A stretch of DNA of 64,000 nt from Candidatus Zixiibacteriota bacterium (lineage in GTDB: Bacteria; Zixibacteria; MSB-5A5; GN15; JAAZOE01), in contig JBDREQ010000073.1 in assembly GCA_043819555.1 (NCBI GenBank), forward strand, positions 32,001 through 96,000, read 5' to 3'. The stretch's first letter is position 1. The number at the start of each line of letters is the position of its first letter. This document shows positions 9,944 to 19,638 of the stretch, one piece after another. The position numbers and the translations under genes were made by a program. The notes beneath the pieces were generated by a model that saw only the letters and a list, made by a program, of their open reading frames with translations, was not told the DNA's origin and did no database searches.

Positions 9944-11488
9944 ATGAAGAAAAAATATTTTATATTGGCCTTTTCAATCCTGTGCGCCATGATAATCCTT
10001 TCATGCAGTGAAGAAATTGAATCACCAAGCGGAATATCTGGTTTGCCGGCTGAACCTGAGATTCCTCGTGGATTAACGGCCGCCATTGGAGAAGGTACGA
10101 TTAATTTAGCCTGGACCATCTCGAATGCTTCTGCAATTTCCCAGTATTTTATATATTATTCTGATTCATCGTCTTCGGATATGTCATTGTTGGATTCGAC
10201 TAAGAATTTATCATATCAGGTGACGGGATTATCCAATGGTGTCGAATACTTCTTTCGAATATCGGTTCTCACAACGGCCGGATATGAAGGTAAGAAATCT
10301 CGCGTCGTCAGGGCGACTCCCGGAATATTTTCTATTCTCATAAATAATGGCAATGAATTTACAAATAGTCGGTCGATATCAATCGCGTTAACTGCCGTTG
10401 ACGCGACCGATCTGGTACAATTTTCGGAAAGTTTTGATTTTAATTCGGCTCATTGGGAGAATTTTAGCCCAACGAAGTCATATTTACTGTCTGACGGGGA
10501 TGGAATGAAACGGCTTTATGCTCGTTTTCAAACCAGGGACGGAGGTAATTCGACAGGTATGATAGCCGACAGTATAATCCTTGATCGATATGCCGCTATT
10601 GATTCGGTTACCGAAAACTCGGGAGGTGCGGTGCTGGCCGTTGGCGATACGGTTCATCTATCAATTTATACTTCCGAATCCGGGGGGGAGGCATCGGTTA
10701 ATATTACCGGAATAGGAAATATCGCCCTCAATGATTTTGGATTAAGTGGAGACAGTTTTGCCGACGATGGCATATATGAAATTGATTATGCCTTACCGAT
10801 AGGCACGGAATTGGTGGATGCGGAAATTACCGGGAGTTTTACTGATGCCGCCGGTAATCACGCTTCTGATGTAAAGGCCGGAACTCGTTTGACCGCGACT
10901 TTTCCTCCGGATCCGGTGATCCTGACAGGTTATTCCGAATCATCACTTGAAATCCTGTTACAATGGACGCGATCAGCCATATCAGATTTTTCATTTTATC
11001 GTATTTTTCGCAGTGTAAACCCCGGAATAGATGAAACTTCGTTCCTTGTGTCAACGGTATCCAGTCAATCTACAACCAGTTACCAGGATACTGCACTGGC
11101 CGATACAACTGCATATTATTATCGCGTGTACGTTTATGATAACCGCGGAAATTCATCTGGATCCAATGAACTGGAAATATCAACCATGAAAAATACTCCG
11201 CCGGACGCGATTACAATCGCGGTCGGATTGACCGGCGAAGCTCTGGCGGTGGAAGTCAGCTGGCTGCAGTCATATGATGATGATTTTGCATCATATCATC
11301 TCCTAAGGGATAATAGTCCGTTGAACGGTTATGATAGTGATCTTGTGGTAGGTATAATTAATGCGCGTGCGACAACATCGGTAACCGATTATTTACCGGC
11401 GGCCGGAACATATTATTATCAGGTTTTCATATTTGATAAGCAGGGACTGTTGACCGGTTCGAATATTGTATCAATTGTTATTCCCTGA
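9944..11488 (+). CDS. Lipoprotein with fibronectin type III domains
   Basis: Lipobox ILSC; FN3 motifs (VTGLSNGVEYFFRISV, YQDTALADTTAYYYRVYVYD, YYYQVFIFD). Confidence 0.8.
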   Translation: MKKKYFILAFSILCAMIILSCSEEIESPSGISGLPAEPEIPRGLTAAIGEGTINLAWTISNASAISQYFIYYSDSSSSDMSLLDSTKNLSYQVTGLSNGVEYFFRISVLTTAGYEGKKSRVVRATPGIFSILINNGNEFTNSRSISIALTAVDATDLVQFSESFDFNSAHWENFSPTKSYLLSDGDGMKRLYARFQTRDGGNSTGMIADSIILDRYAAIDSVTENSGGAVLAVGDTVHLSIYTSESGGEASVNITGIGNIALNDFGLSGDSFADDGIYEIDYALPIGTELVDAEITGSFTDAAGNHASDVKAGTRLTATFPPDPVILTGYSESSLEILLQWTRSAISDFSFYRIFRSVNPGIDETSFLVSTVSSQSTTSYQDTALADTTAYYYRVYVYDNRGNSSGSNELEISTMKNTPPDAITIAVGLTGEALAVEVSWLQSYDDDFASYHLLRDNSPLNGYDSDLVVGIINARATTSVTDYLPAAGTYYYQVFIFDKQGLLTGSNIVSIVIP

Positions 11489-11536
11489 TAATGCCCGATA
11501 GGAGGGCATAGGGATAACTAAGTAAGGCGATCTGTA

Positions 11537-12394
11537 ATGGGACAAAGAGTTCAGTTCGGAGAATTTTGGTTTTTATACCTGCAGACAATAAAGCAGATGA
11601 AACGAGCTGTTTTATGGTCGCCCCTATTAATTTTGGGACTGCTGACGATTGGTCTGGCGACGGCGCATTATTATATTTTCTCGCCAGTTTTGAATCCGTT
11701 ATTGAAAGGCTTTCTGAGTTTTACATATCCTCAATATAAGGACGCCTTTTTTCACTATCCGAACCATTTTACCCTGTTGCCGCTAATTCTTGATACTTCA
11801 GTTCGGGTGTTTTCTATCCTCGTTGAAGCGCTTTTTCTGGGCGTTTTTTCCGATTTAATGATTTCCAACTATCGGGGAGAGAAACCGGCTTTCAGTCAAT
11901 CGTTCGGTCGAGCCGCAAAAAGATATATAAAATTGACTTCGGTGTGGGGCGGATTGCTGGTTGTGCTCTATCTGCTGTCTTTATATTATTATGATTTTCT
12001 TACTGACGTCATCGGGCTTGCGCTGCATCAGTCGCCCCGACGACAGATTGCGGTTTTCTTTTCTCTGCATTTTCTGGCGGTTGTCATTTATACACCACTT
12101 ATATTCATTATCCCCAGTATAATGGTCGGCGGTTCATCTCTGGCCAAAACAATAAGCCGGGCTTTTAAAACTTTTATACGCCACCCGTTTATTGCTTTTG
12201 GAATTGTCCTTATCCCTTACGTTATATCAGCCGCCCCGGGATTACCTTTATCCTTTTCGAACCGTGTGGTTGAAGTATTTAATCCGGAAATGATTTTTTA
12301 TCTTATAATAACGTCAATCGTAGTCAGTCTAATTACCAATTTTATTTTGATGGGCACCGCGGTAAAATTCTTTATGGATCAGAATGAATCGTAA
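11537..12394 (+). CDS. Hypothetical polytopic membrane protein
   Basis: About six hydrophobic segments; stop overlaps the kinase start (TAATG). Confidence 0.7.
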   Translation: MGQRVQFGEFWFLYLQTIKQMKRAVLWSPLLILGLLTIGLATAHYYIFSPVLNPLLKGFLSFTYPQYKDAFFHYPNHFTLLPLILDTSVRVFSILVEALFLGVFSDLMISNYRGEKPAFSQSFGRAAKRYIKLTSVWGGLLVVLYLLSLYYYDFLTDVIGLALHQSPRRQIAVFFSLHFLAVVIYTPLIFIIPSIMVGGSSLAKTISRAFKTFIRHPFIAFGIVLIPYVISAAPGLPLSFSNRVVEVFNPEMIFYLIITSIVVSLITNFILMGTAVKFFMDQNES

Positions 12395-14487
12395 TGGAAC
12401 CGGTACAAGTATTTTTAATTATTTCGTTCTGTCTGCTTCTGCTTACCATTTTTCTGGTTATTTTATTCAAGAGATTCTCATCTTACAACCGTCCACTTTT
12501 ATATTTTTCCTTTATAAATATCATCGGGATCGCGGCGTTTTATATTGAAGTTGGACAATTCCCGCAGCTTTGGAAAACGGCGCATATCATGGTGTACGCC
12601 TTTATATCATTTATGCCTTTTGCATGGTACGTTCTTTCGAGCCGCTGGGCCCAGGATACAGGTGAATTTGAATCAAAAAGCAAAATGATTCCCCGTTTAC
12701 TGTTTATCCTGGGGGCAATCATTTTTGTAATTATGATCGGGCAAAAGGCCGTTGATGTTGTCATTATTGGCGACCGCTGGTTTATATCGCTGCTAAAATG
12801 GAGATTTTTGATAAATCTGAATTTTATTTTTTGCCTTACGGCCGGAGCTTATGCCATTGAAAATCGATATCGCTCATCACTGGGTTTATCGCGGGATAGA
12901 ATAAGAAAGTCATTTTTCCTGCTGTTGACGTATGTGATAAATTTTCTGGCTATGGCAACGATTGCCATAATCTATGGACAAATCAGTGATTATCTTTTGA
13001 CCTTGAATTTTTTCCTCGCCGGACTAATTTGTTTGTTTTATGTAAGGCATGTAATAAGATTCGAACCGGACAATGATGGCATCATAATTTCCCGCAAGGC
13101 ATCATATTCATCAATCGTAGTTGTAGTTTTTGGTCTGTATTTTTTATCCATTGGACTAACTGGAGAGATATTGAGAAAACTTAATTTGAATGAGGGTACA
13201 TTTATTTCAGTTGTTGTCCTTATCCTATTGGGCTCTACTTTTATTTTCTTCCTCTTCTCTCAGGCCAGACGATCGCGATTGACCGGATTAACTGATGGCG
13301 GTCACATATCTTCAGGACTAAAATATGGTGTGGAATGGAAGGAATTCGCCGAAGAAATTTCTGCCACAATAGAATTTGATGAGATCTATCAGCGCACCAA
13401 AAGCTTATTGCATCGCATAATGAAAATTGAGGATTGCTTCTTTATTCTAAGGGAATCCGAACCGGGTTGTGATTACAGATTATTGATCGGTAAGGACATT
13501 GACCATATAATTCCCGCAAATAATTTGAATCAACTATGCGATTGGCTGCACCGACTTGGACGGCCGATTGAAGTGAGCGATATCGGTGATGCCGGTGAGA
13601 CCGAGCTGAATCAATATCTGGATTTGGAAAAACTCATTCCGTTTACTGCGTTTCTGCTGGTTCCATTTGCGGCGCGGCATCAATTCATCGGCATTTGGGG
13701 GATTGGTTATCATAATTCGGGACGAAAACTCCTCAGCGATGAGATAGGTTTTATTGAGGCTGCGGCCGGACCGGTGGCATTGACTTTGCACGGCGCGCGA
13801 ATTACCGAAGAGCTTGTAACGTCGCGTGAAATTGAATCATACCACCGGTTTTCATCGTTTGTACTGCATGATCTTAAGAACTCCGTAGGGATGCTATCGA
13901 TGCTGTTGCAGAATGCTGATAAAAACATGGCTAATCCGGATTTTCAAAGAGAAGCCTTAATTACAATCGGAAAGGCGGTCGATCGCCAGACGAAAATAAT
14001 ATCACGCCTTACCGAAGAGCGTGGCGAGGATAAGTATTTTATTAAGGAAGCCCGCCTTTCGGAATTAATCAAGTGGGCTACAGAAAGAGTCCGGATCGAT
14101 ACCATGCCCCAGGTTGACTTAAGGTGCGATATTGACGATGGCGTTAGAGTATTTGTGGATCCCGAAAAAATAGGATCGGTATTTGACAATTTAATTATGA
14201 ACGCGGTCGAAGCTATGCCGGATGGAGGGGTATTGTCAATCAATACTTTTTCTGAAGCAGACGGAGAAGCGATTGGTATAAAATTTAGCGATACCGGTTG
14301 CGGAATGGATGCGGATTACCTTAATTCAAAATTATTCCGGCCATTTAGCTCGACCAAAAAGCATGGTCTCGGAATCGGTATGTATCAATCACGGGAAATT
14401 ATTTTCAAACATCATGGTCGCCTGGAAGTAAAAAGTGAACCTGGTCGGGGAACCGATTTTATAATCTATTTGCCCGGAGAAATATAA
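12394..14487 (+). CDS. prsK: Multi-TM GAF sensor histidine kinase, PrsK-like
   Basis: Many N-terminal TMs, GAF region, H-box FVLHDLKN followed by LLQNADKNMANPDFQREAL (PrsK-type), NLIMNAVEAM, DTGCGM, GLGIGMYQSR. Confidence 0.75.
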   Translation: MEPVQVFLIISFCLLLLTIFLVILFKRFSSYNRPLLYFSFINIIGIAAFYIEVGQFPQLWKTAHIMVYAFISFMPFAWYVLSSRWAQDTGEFESKSKMIPRLLFILGAIIFVIMIGQKAVDVVIIGDRWFISLLKWRFLINLNFIFCLTAGAYAIENRYRSSLGLSRDRIRKSFFLLLTYVINFLAMATIAIIYGQISDYLLTLNFFLAGLICLFYVRHVIRFEPDNDGIIISRKASYSSIVVVVFGLYFLSIGLTGEILRKLNLNEGTFISVVVLILLGSTFIFFLFSQARRSRLTGLTDGGHISSGLKYGVEWKEFAEEISATIEFDEIYQRTKSLLHRIMKIEDCFFILRESEPGCDYRLLIGKDIDHIIPANNLNQLCDWLHRLGRPIEVSDIGDAGETELNQYLDLEKLIPFTAFLLVPFAARHQFIGIWGIGYHNSGRKLLSDEIGFIEAAAGPVALTLHGARITEELVTSREIESYHRFSSFVLHDLKNSVGMLSMLLQNADKNMANPDFQREALITIGKAVDRQTKIISRLTEERGEDKYFIKEARLSELIKWATERVRIDTMPQVDLRCDIDDGVRVFVDPEKIGSVFDNLIMNAVEAMPDGGVLSINTFSEADGEAIGIKFSDTGCGMDADYLNSKLFRPFSSTKKHGLGIGMYQSREIIFKHHGRLEVKSEPGRGTDFIIYLPGEI

Positions 14488-15846
14488 GTGGCCAAGCCTG
14501 TCATTCTCATAGTCGATGATGAAGAGGGTATCCGTTCCCAGTTAAAATGGGCATTGCTTGACGATTATGAAGTTATCGAATCGTCAGGACCGGATGATGC
14601 TTGTGCCCTGGCATCTGAGCATAAGCCGCTCATTGTTCTACAGGATATAGCTCTAAGTACGCGAGAAAATGCCGTCGAAGGGATTGAATTAATTGAGTAC
14701 TACCTCAGGATAAATCCCTTTTGTAAAGTCATTATGGTTACCGGACACGGTCAAAAGGAAAATGCCCTCAGGGCTGTCGCCAAAGGCGCTTATGACTTTT
14801 TTGAAAAACCGATCAATCTGGATCAATTGAAAATTATCATGGATCGCGGCCTAAGAATGGCGACGCTGGAAGAAGAAAACCGGCAGTTATCTACCGAATT
14901 GGCCCACGTAAAACGATTTGATAATATTATCGGCGACTCGGAAAAAATGCAGGAAGTTTATAAAATTATCGAAACTGTATCCGGGACCGATTATACTGTT
15001 TTGATTACCGGTGAATCAGGAACAGGTAAAGAACTGGTAGCGAGTGCCATTCATAATTCCGGACTTCAAAAGGGTAATCCCTTCATAACTATTAATTGCG
15101 GAGCGATTCCGGAAAATCTATTGGAATCGGAACTTTTCGGGCATGAAAAGGGAGCTTTTACCGATGCCTATGCTCAAAAACTCGGCAAATTCGAGCTGGC
15201 AAATAAAGGTACGATTTTCCTCGATGAAATTGGTGAATTACCGCTAAACCTTCAAGTAAAGCTTCTCAGAGTTTTGGAAAATCATATTATTGAAAGGGTT
15301 GGGGGCAGAACTGGAATTCCACTTGAGGTTCGCGTCCTGGCGGCAACCAATCGAGATTTACTGGAAGAAGTTAACAAAGGCGCTTTTCGTGAAGACTTAT
15401 ATTATCGCCTATCGGTTATAACTATCGATTTACCGCCGCTTCGGGACCGGGGAGATGATATCCTGTTGTTGGCCAAGACATTCCTGAACAGATATGGTCT
15501 TGAAAACCAAAAGGGCAATCTGTCGTTTTCAGAAGTTTCTGCACGCGCTATTGCCTCATATGATTGGCCGGGAAATGTCCGGGAGCTCGAAAATAAAATT
15601 AAAAGAGCCGTTATCATGGCTCAGGACAAGAAGATAAAGCCGCTGGATTTATCTTTGCCGGCGGTCGCGGGAAATGATGCCGGCCGGGCAACCCTGCAGG
15701 AAGTGCGCGAAGAAACCGAAAGAGAGTATATTCTTGAATCCCTGGTCAGGAATAATTGGAATATATCCAGGGTTTCGCGAGAACTGGGGACCAGCCGAAC
15801 GACTCTTTATGACCTGATTGAAAAATACAATCTTAAGAATAAATAA
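14488..15846 (+). CDS. prsR: Sigma54-dependent response regulator, PrsR-like
   Basis: REC domain with QLKWAL, ENALRAV..GAYDFFEKP; Walker A GESGTGKE; ESELFGHEKGAFTDA; C-terminal Fis HTH. Confidence 0.75.
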   Translation: MAKPVILIVDDEEGIRSQLKWALLDDYEVIESSGPDDACALASEHKPLIVLQDIALSTRENAVEGIELIEYYLRINPFCKVIMVTGHGQKENALRAVAKGAYDFFEKPINLDQLKIIMDRGLRMATLEEENRQLSTELAHVKRFDNIIGDSEKMQEVYKIIETVSGTDYTVLITGESGTGKELVASAIHNSGLQKGNPFITINCGAIPENLLESELFGHEKGAFTDAYAQKLGKFELANKGTIFLDEIGELPLNLQVKLLRVLENHIIERVGGRTGIPLEVRVLAATNRDLLEEVNKGAFREDLYYRLSVITIDLPPLRDRGDDILLLAKTFLNRYGLENQKGNLSFSEVSARAIASYDWPGNVRELENKIKRAVIMAQDKKIKPLDLSLPAVAGNDAGRATLQEVREETEREYILESLVRNNWNISRVSRELGTSRTTLYDLIEKYNLKNK

Positions 15847-15954
15847 CTATTCAAAATTGCATTTTCTGCCATTTCCCCCTAAACAAATACTCACCCCTAA
15901 CCGATTACTGTACTATACCATAGTACGTTACATGATGTTAGGGAACTATAGAAA

Positions 15955-17388
15955 ATGAAAAAAGTACTCCTTGTTGATGACGATGTTGAATTGTCACGAT
16001 CACTAATCAGTTTATTTGATCCGGATAAATTCGCATTCCACCATTTGGAGGATGGACAGGAAACGACGAATTATATTAAATGTCATGATGATAATCTCGA
16101 TCTCGTAATGCTGGATGTGAACCTGCCGTCATGTTCCGGTCTGGATGTATTAAGAAATATTAAAAAAATCAAGGATGATTTGCCGGTCATAGTCATTTCA
16201 GGATTTATATCAACTGAAAACGCAATGGAAGCGATGCGAGAGGGAGCTTTTGAATACTTAACCAAGCCATTTGAATTAAATAAATTGATTGAAATAGTTA
16301 ATAAAGCATGCGGATTTATGCAGGAGCCCCATGTCATAAAGCAGCATGTAATCACATCCGACGACGACACGGCGACGGATCTTATCGTGGGGCAGTCGCC
16401 TGAGATAGTTGAAATCGCCAAGCTAATTGGTCAGGTTGCCAGAACAGACGCTTCGGTTCTTATTTTTGGCGAGTCAGGTACCGGAAAAGAGCTGGTTGCC
16501 CGCGCCATTCATCGCAATAGCCTGAGACGCGGCAATACTTTTTTATCGGTCAATTGCGCCGCATTATCCGATACCTTATTGGAGTCCGAATTATTCGGCC
16601 ATGAAAAAGGCGCCTTCACCGGGGCCTATTTCAAACGCATTGGAAAATTCGAACAATGTGACGGCGGAACAATCTTCCTTGATGAAGTAGCCGATATGTC
16701 AATGTTGACCCAGGGGAAAGTGCTGCGCGTTTTGCAGGAAAGAGAATTTGAGAGACTGGGGGGAAATGAAACCATCGCTGTTGATGTTCGGCTTATTGCC
16801 GCTACGAATAAGTCTCTGGTCCAATGCATGAAGGACGGCGCCTTCCGGGTAGATCTTTTCTATCGATTGAAAGTCGTTTCTCTGTACATCCCGCCTCTGC
16901 GCGACAGACGGGAGGATATACCTCTCCTGGTAGATCATTTTATCAAAAAATACAATAAATCCCTGGGGAAAGACATCCGTTCCATTTCCAAAAAGGCCAA
17001 GACGATAGTGTCAAAATATATCTGGCCGGGAAATGTCAGGGAACTTGAGAACAATATTCATACCGCGATGGTCATGTCCAAATCCGATGTTATTCAGCCG
17101 GAAGATTTGCCGGTCTGCAATGAAAACGATGACAAGGTTGACATTGATATAGAGGGTTTGCAGGATAATTATGCCGAGATGTTCGCGCGTTTGATTGAGC
17201 CGCTATTTCCCAAATTGATCAGTAGCAGCGAGGGACGCATTTACCATTTGATGCAATCGTCCATGGAAAAGGCATTGCTTTCAGCCTGCCTGAAACATTT
17301 CAATTCCAATCAGGTCAAGGCTTCGGATATGCTTGGCATATCCCGCAATACTTTACGGGACCGTATCAGCAAGTACGGCATATATTAG
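15955..17388 (+). CDS. Second sigma54-dependent response regulator (NtrC/AtoC type)
   Basis: REC domain, GESGTGKE, GAFTGA, WPGNVRELEN, LGISRNTLR HTH. Confidence 0.92.
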   Translation: MKKVLLVDDDVELSRSLISLFDPDKFAFHHLEDGQETTNYIKCHDDNLDLVMLDVNLPSCSGLDVLRNIKKIKDDLPVIVISGFISTENAMEAMREGAFEYLTKPFELNKLIEIVNKACGFMQEPHVIKQHVITSDDDTATDLIVGQSPEIVEIAKLIGQVARTDASVLIFGESGTGKELVARAIHRNSLRRGNTFLSVNCAALSDTLLESELFGHEKGAFTGAYFKRIGKFEQCDGGTIFLDEVADMSMLTQGKVLRVLQEREFERLGGNETIAVDVRLIAATNKSLVQCMKDGAFRVDLFYRLKVVSLYIPPLRDRREDIPLLVDHFIKKYNKSLGKDIRSISKKAKTIVSKYIWPGNVRELENNIHTAMVMSKSDVIQPEDLPVCNENDDKVDIDIEGLQDNYAEMFARLIEPLFPKLISSSEGRIYHLMQSSMEKALLSACLKHFNSNQVKASDMLGISRNTLRDRISKYGIY

Positions 17389-17428
17389 ACTATACCATTT
17401 CAAATTATCTTCCAGGATGGGTTCAATG

Positions 17429-17457
17429 GGCCGCAATTAATATTGCGGCCTTTTTTT
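17429..17457 (+). terminator. Intrinsic terminator
   Basis: GGCCGCAAT-TAAT-ATTGCGGCC-TTTTTTT. Confidence 0.85.
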
Positions 17458-17492
17458 ATTGAGTGTATATTGATTATCAAAAGTTTATTATT

Positions 17493-18596
17493 ATGCGAAT
17501 ATGTCATTTTGCGGATAATCATCTGGGCGCCGGTTCAGGGGCCAGGGAAAACGATATTTTCGAAGGCTTCAAAAACGCCGTCGATGGGATCATTGATTTA
17601 CGTCCTGATTTGGTGATAAATGCCGGCGACCTGTTTCACATGGTACAACCGTCCAACAAAGTTATCGCCTTTGCTTCTCGCCAGTTATTGCGACTGGGGA
17701 GAGAGCATAAAATCCCAACGGTCATAATTTCGGGAAATCATGACGCCCCTAAACAAAAACACATTGCGTCGGCTCTATCGATATTTGAGGATTATGAGAA
17801 CATCACGGTTATATATAAATCTCAATATGAAGAAATTAAGATTGGCGGAGTTTCTATATCCGCCGTACCTCATTGTTTGACTCCGGAAATCCTGCAGCGG
17901 GAGCTCGAAAAAATCGCCCTGGATAACAATGCTGATAAAAATATTCTTGTTCTGCATGGAGTCGTGGGCGGGATTAAAGCCTTTCAAATGGCGGATCTTT
18001 CGGAGCAAATGATTCCTTCGGACCGATTTGGAGATTTCGATTATGTTGCCCTTGGACATTATCATAATTTCACAAAGGTTGGAAAAAACGTTTATTATTC
18101 AGGTTCGACCGAACGATTGTCACAGGCGGAAAGCGGTCATCAGAAGGGATTTGTTGAGGTCGATTTTTATGAGTCCGGTCCGCCTAAAATTGAATTTCAT
18201 AAAATCCCCTCCCGGACTATGCTCGATTTGCCACCGCTCCAGGTCCGGGGCAGTTCCGCGGAAGACATTATGTCGCGGATTGAAAAGAAAATAAGGGACC
18301 ACAATCCTGAAGATAAAATAATTCGCCTGAAGGTTGACGGGATTTCGGAAGAGGCATATCGGGCGCTGGCATTTGATAAAATAGCCGAGCTGAAAAACAA
18401 GGCCTTTGCTCTGGATATCCAGTTTATAAAGGAAGAAAAGAAGAACGATAACCTCTATGCCGATTTGAATTTGGGCCGCCTTGATATGGCCTTTGAAAAA
18501 TTTATTGCATCCGGATCAATAGACTCGCTTGACAAAGAGAAATTGACTCGAATGGGAATAGAATATCTAAATCGTGCGGAAGAAATAGACGACTAA
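17493..18596 (+). CDS. sbcD: SbcD/Mre11-family DNA repair nuclease
   Basis: Metallophosphoesterase motifs ADNHLG, GDLFH, GNHD, LHG, ALGHYH, YSGSTERLS; likely ATG at 17493. Confidence 0.85.
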   Translation: MRICHFADNHLGAGSGARENDIFEGFKNAVDGIIDLRPDLVINAGDLFHMVQPSNKVIAFASRQLLRLGREHKIPTVIISGNHDAPKQKHIASALSIFEDYENITVIYKSQYEEIKIGGVSISAVPHCLTPEILQRELEKIALDNNADKNILVLHGVVGGIKAFQMADLSEQMIPSDRFGDFDYVALGHYHNFTKVGKNVYYSGSTERLSQAESGHQKGFVEVDFYESGPPKIEFHKIPSRTMLDLPPLQVRGSSAEDIMSRIEKKIRDHNPEDKIIRLKVDGISEEAYRALAFDKIAELKNKAFALDIQFIKEEKKNDNLYADLNLGRLDMAFEKFIASGSIDSLDKEKLTRMGIEYLNRAEEIDD

Positions 18597-18690
18597 GAAA
18601 TATCCCTTACGAAAATTATATTGCGATTTTTTATTATTCCGCCAATTATTGCGTATCAAATAATGATTCCGGAAATTCAAAGGAGTTGCT

Positions 18691-19458
18691 ATGCAGACAT
18701 TTGTTTCGGCTGATAAACGCCGTATGTATGAGGAACTGGCCTGGATTTGGCCGATAATAAGTCCGCCTGAGGATTATATCGAAGAGACTGAAGAATTTGT
18801 CAGGCTTATAAAGGAACATTCTCAAATCCCTGTCAAAAATGTCCTGAATATGGGTTGTGGGGGGGGCCATAACGATAATACGCTTGCCGGGTATTTTGAT
18901 GTCGTCGGTGTGGATATCAGTTATGAAATGTTACATTTGGCCAGAGCTCTAAATCCCAATGTCCAATACGAGCATGGCGATATGCGTTCGGTGAGATTGG
19001 GGCAGGGTTTTGACGCCGTGACAGTCTTTGATTCTATAAGTTACATGCGTACTCCGGAAAGCCTGAAAGCGGCTTTTACTACCGCCTATGCGCATTTAAG
19101 GCCAGGGGGGGTCTTCCTGACCTGTGTTGAAGAAACCGTTGAGACATTCAGGCAAAACAAGACGCTGTATTCAACCCGTGGCCAGGGAGACGTTGAGATT
19201 ACTTTGATAGAAAATTATTATGATCCGGTCCCTGATGATTATTGTTACGAGGGGAATTTCATCTATTTAATCAGGCGTTCCGGCGAACTTTCAATTGAAA
19301 CCGATTGTCATTTGCTGGGCTTGTTTAAGCTGGCGACCTGGATGGATTTAATGACGGAAGTCGGCCTCGAAGTATTTAAACGTGAATCAATTATACCAAC
19401 AACGGACGGGGAGATGATACCGATACTAATAGGGTTAAAACCGGTGACGCATTTTTAA
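18691..19458 (+). CDS. Class I SAM-dependent methyltransferase
   Basis: VLNMGCGGG, GVDIS, GDMR, FDSISYM, HLRPGG. Confidence 0.9.
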   Translation: MQTFVSADKRRMYEELAWIWPIISPPEDYIEETEEFVRLIKEHSQIPVKNVLNMGCGGGHNDNTLAGYFDVVGVDISYEMLHLARALNPNVQYEHGDMRSVRLGQGFDAVTVFDSISYMRTPESLKAAFTTAYAHLRPGGVFLTCVEETVETFRQNKTLYSTRGQGDVEITLIENYYDPVPDDYCYEGNFIYLIRRSGELSIETDCHLLGLFKLATWMDLMTEVGLEVFKRESIIPTTDGEMIPILIGLKPVTHF

Positions 19459-19499
19459 AAAAACCGGGGAAGTACGCCAAAAACAGCGCCATCCCCCGG
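19457..19499 (-). terminator. Intrinsic terminator of the minus-strand transporter operon
   Basis: Minus strand reads CCGGGGGA...TCCCCGG followed by T7. Confidence 0.55.
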
Positions 19500-19523
19500 C
19501 CATACTTTATCGACATTACCAGC

Positions 19524-19637
19524 TTACAATTGCGTATTGTCGTCGTTTTCGCTCAATATTCTTCGGAAGCAAAAAATCCCCATTGCGATTACGCCGCCCC
19601 ACATGATAATTAACATAATCCATCCGCCTAATTCCAT
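19524..19637 (-). CDS. Small single-TM protein, MetS-like NSS transporter small subunit (not in ORF track)
   Basis: MELGGWIMLIIMWGGVIAMGIFCFRRILSENDDNTQL* (37 aa); ATG 1 nt after the transporter stop; SD GAGGTG. Confidence 0.75.
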   Translation of the reverse strand: MELGGWIMLIIMWGGVIAMGIFCFRRILSENDDNTQL

Positions 19638-19638
19638 C

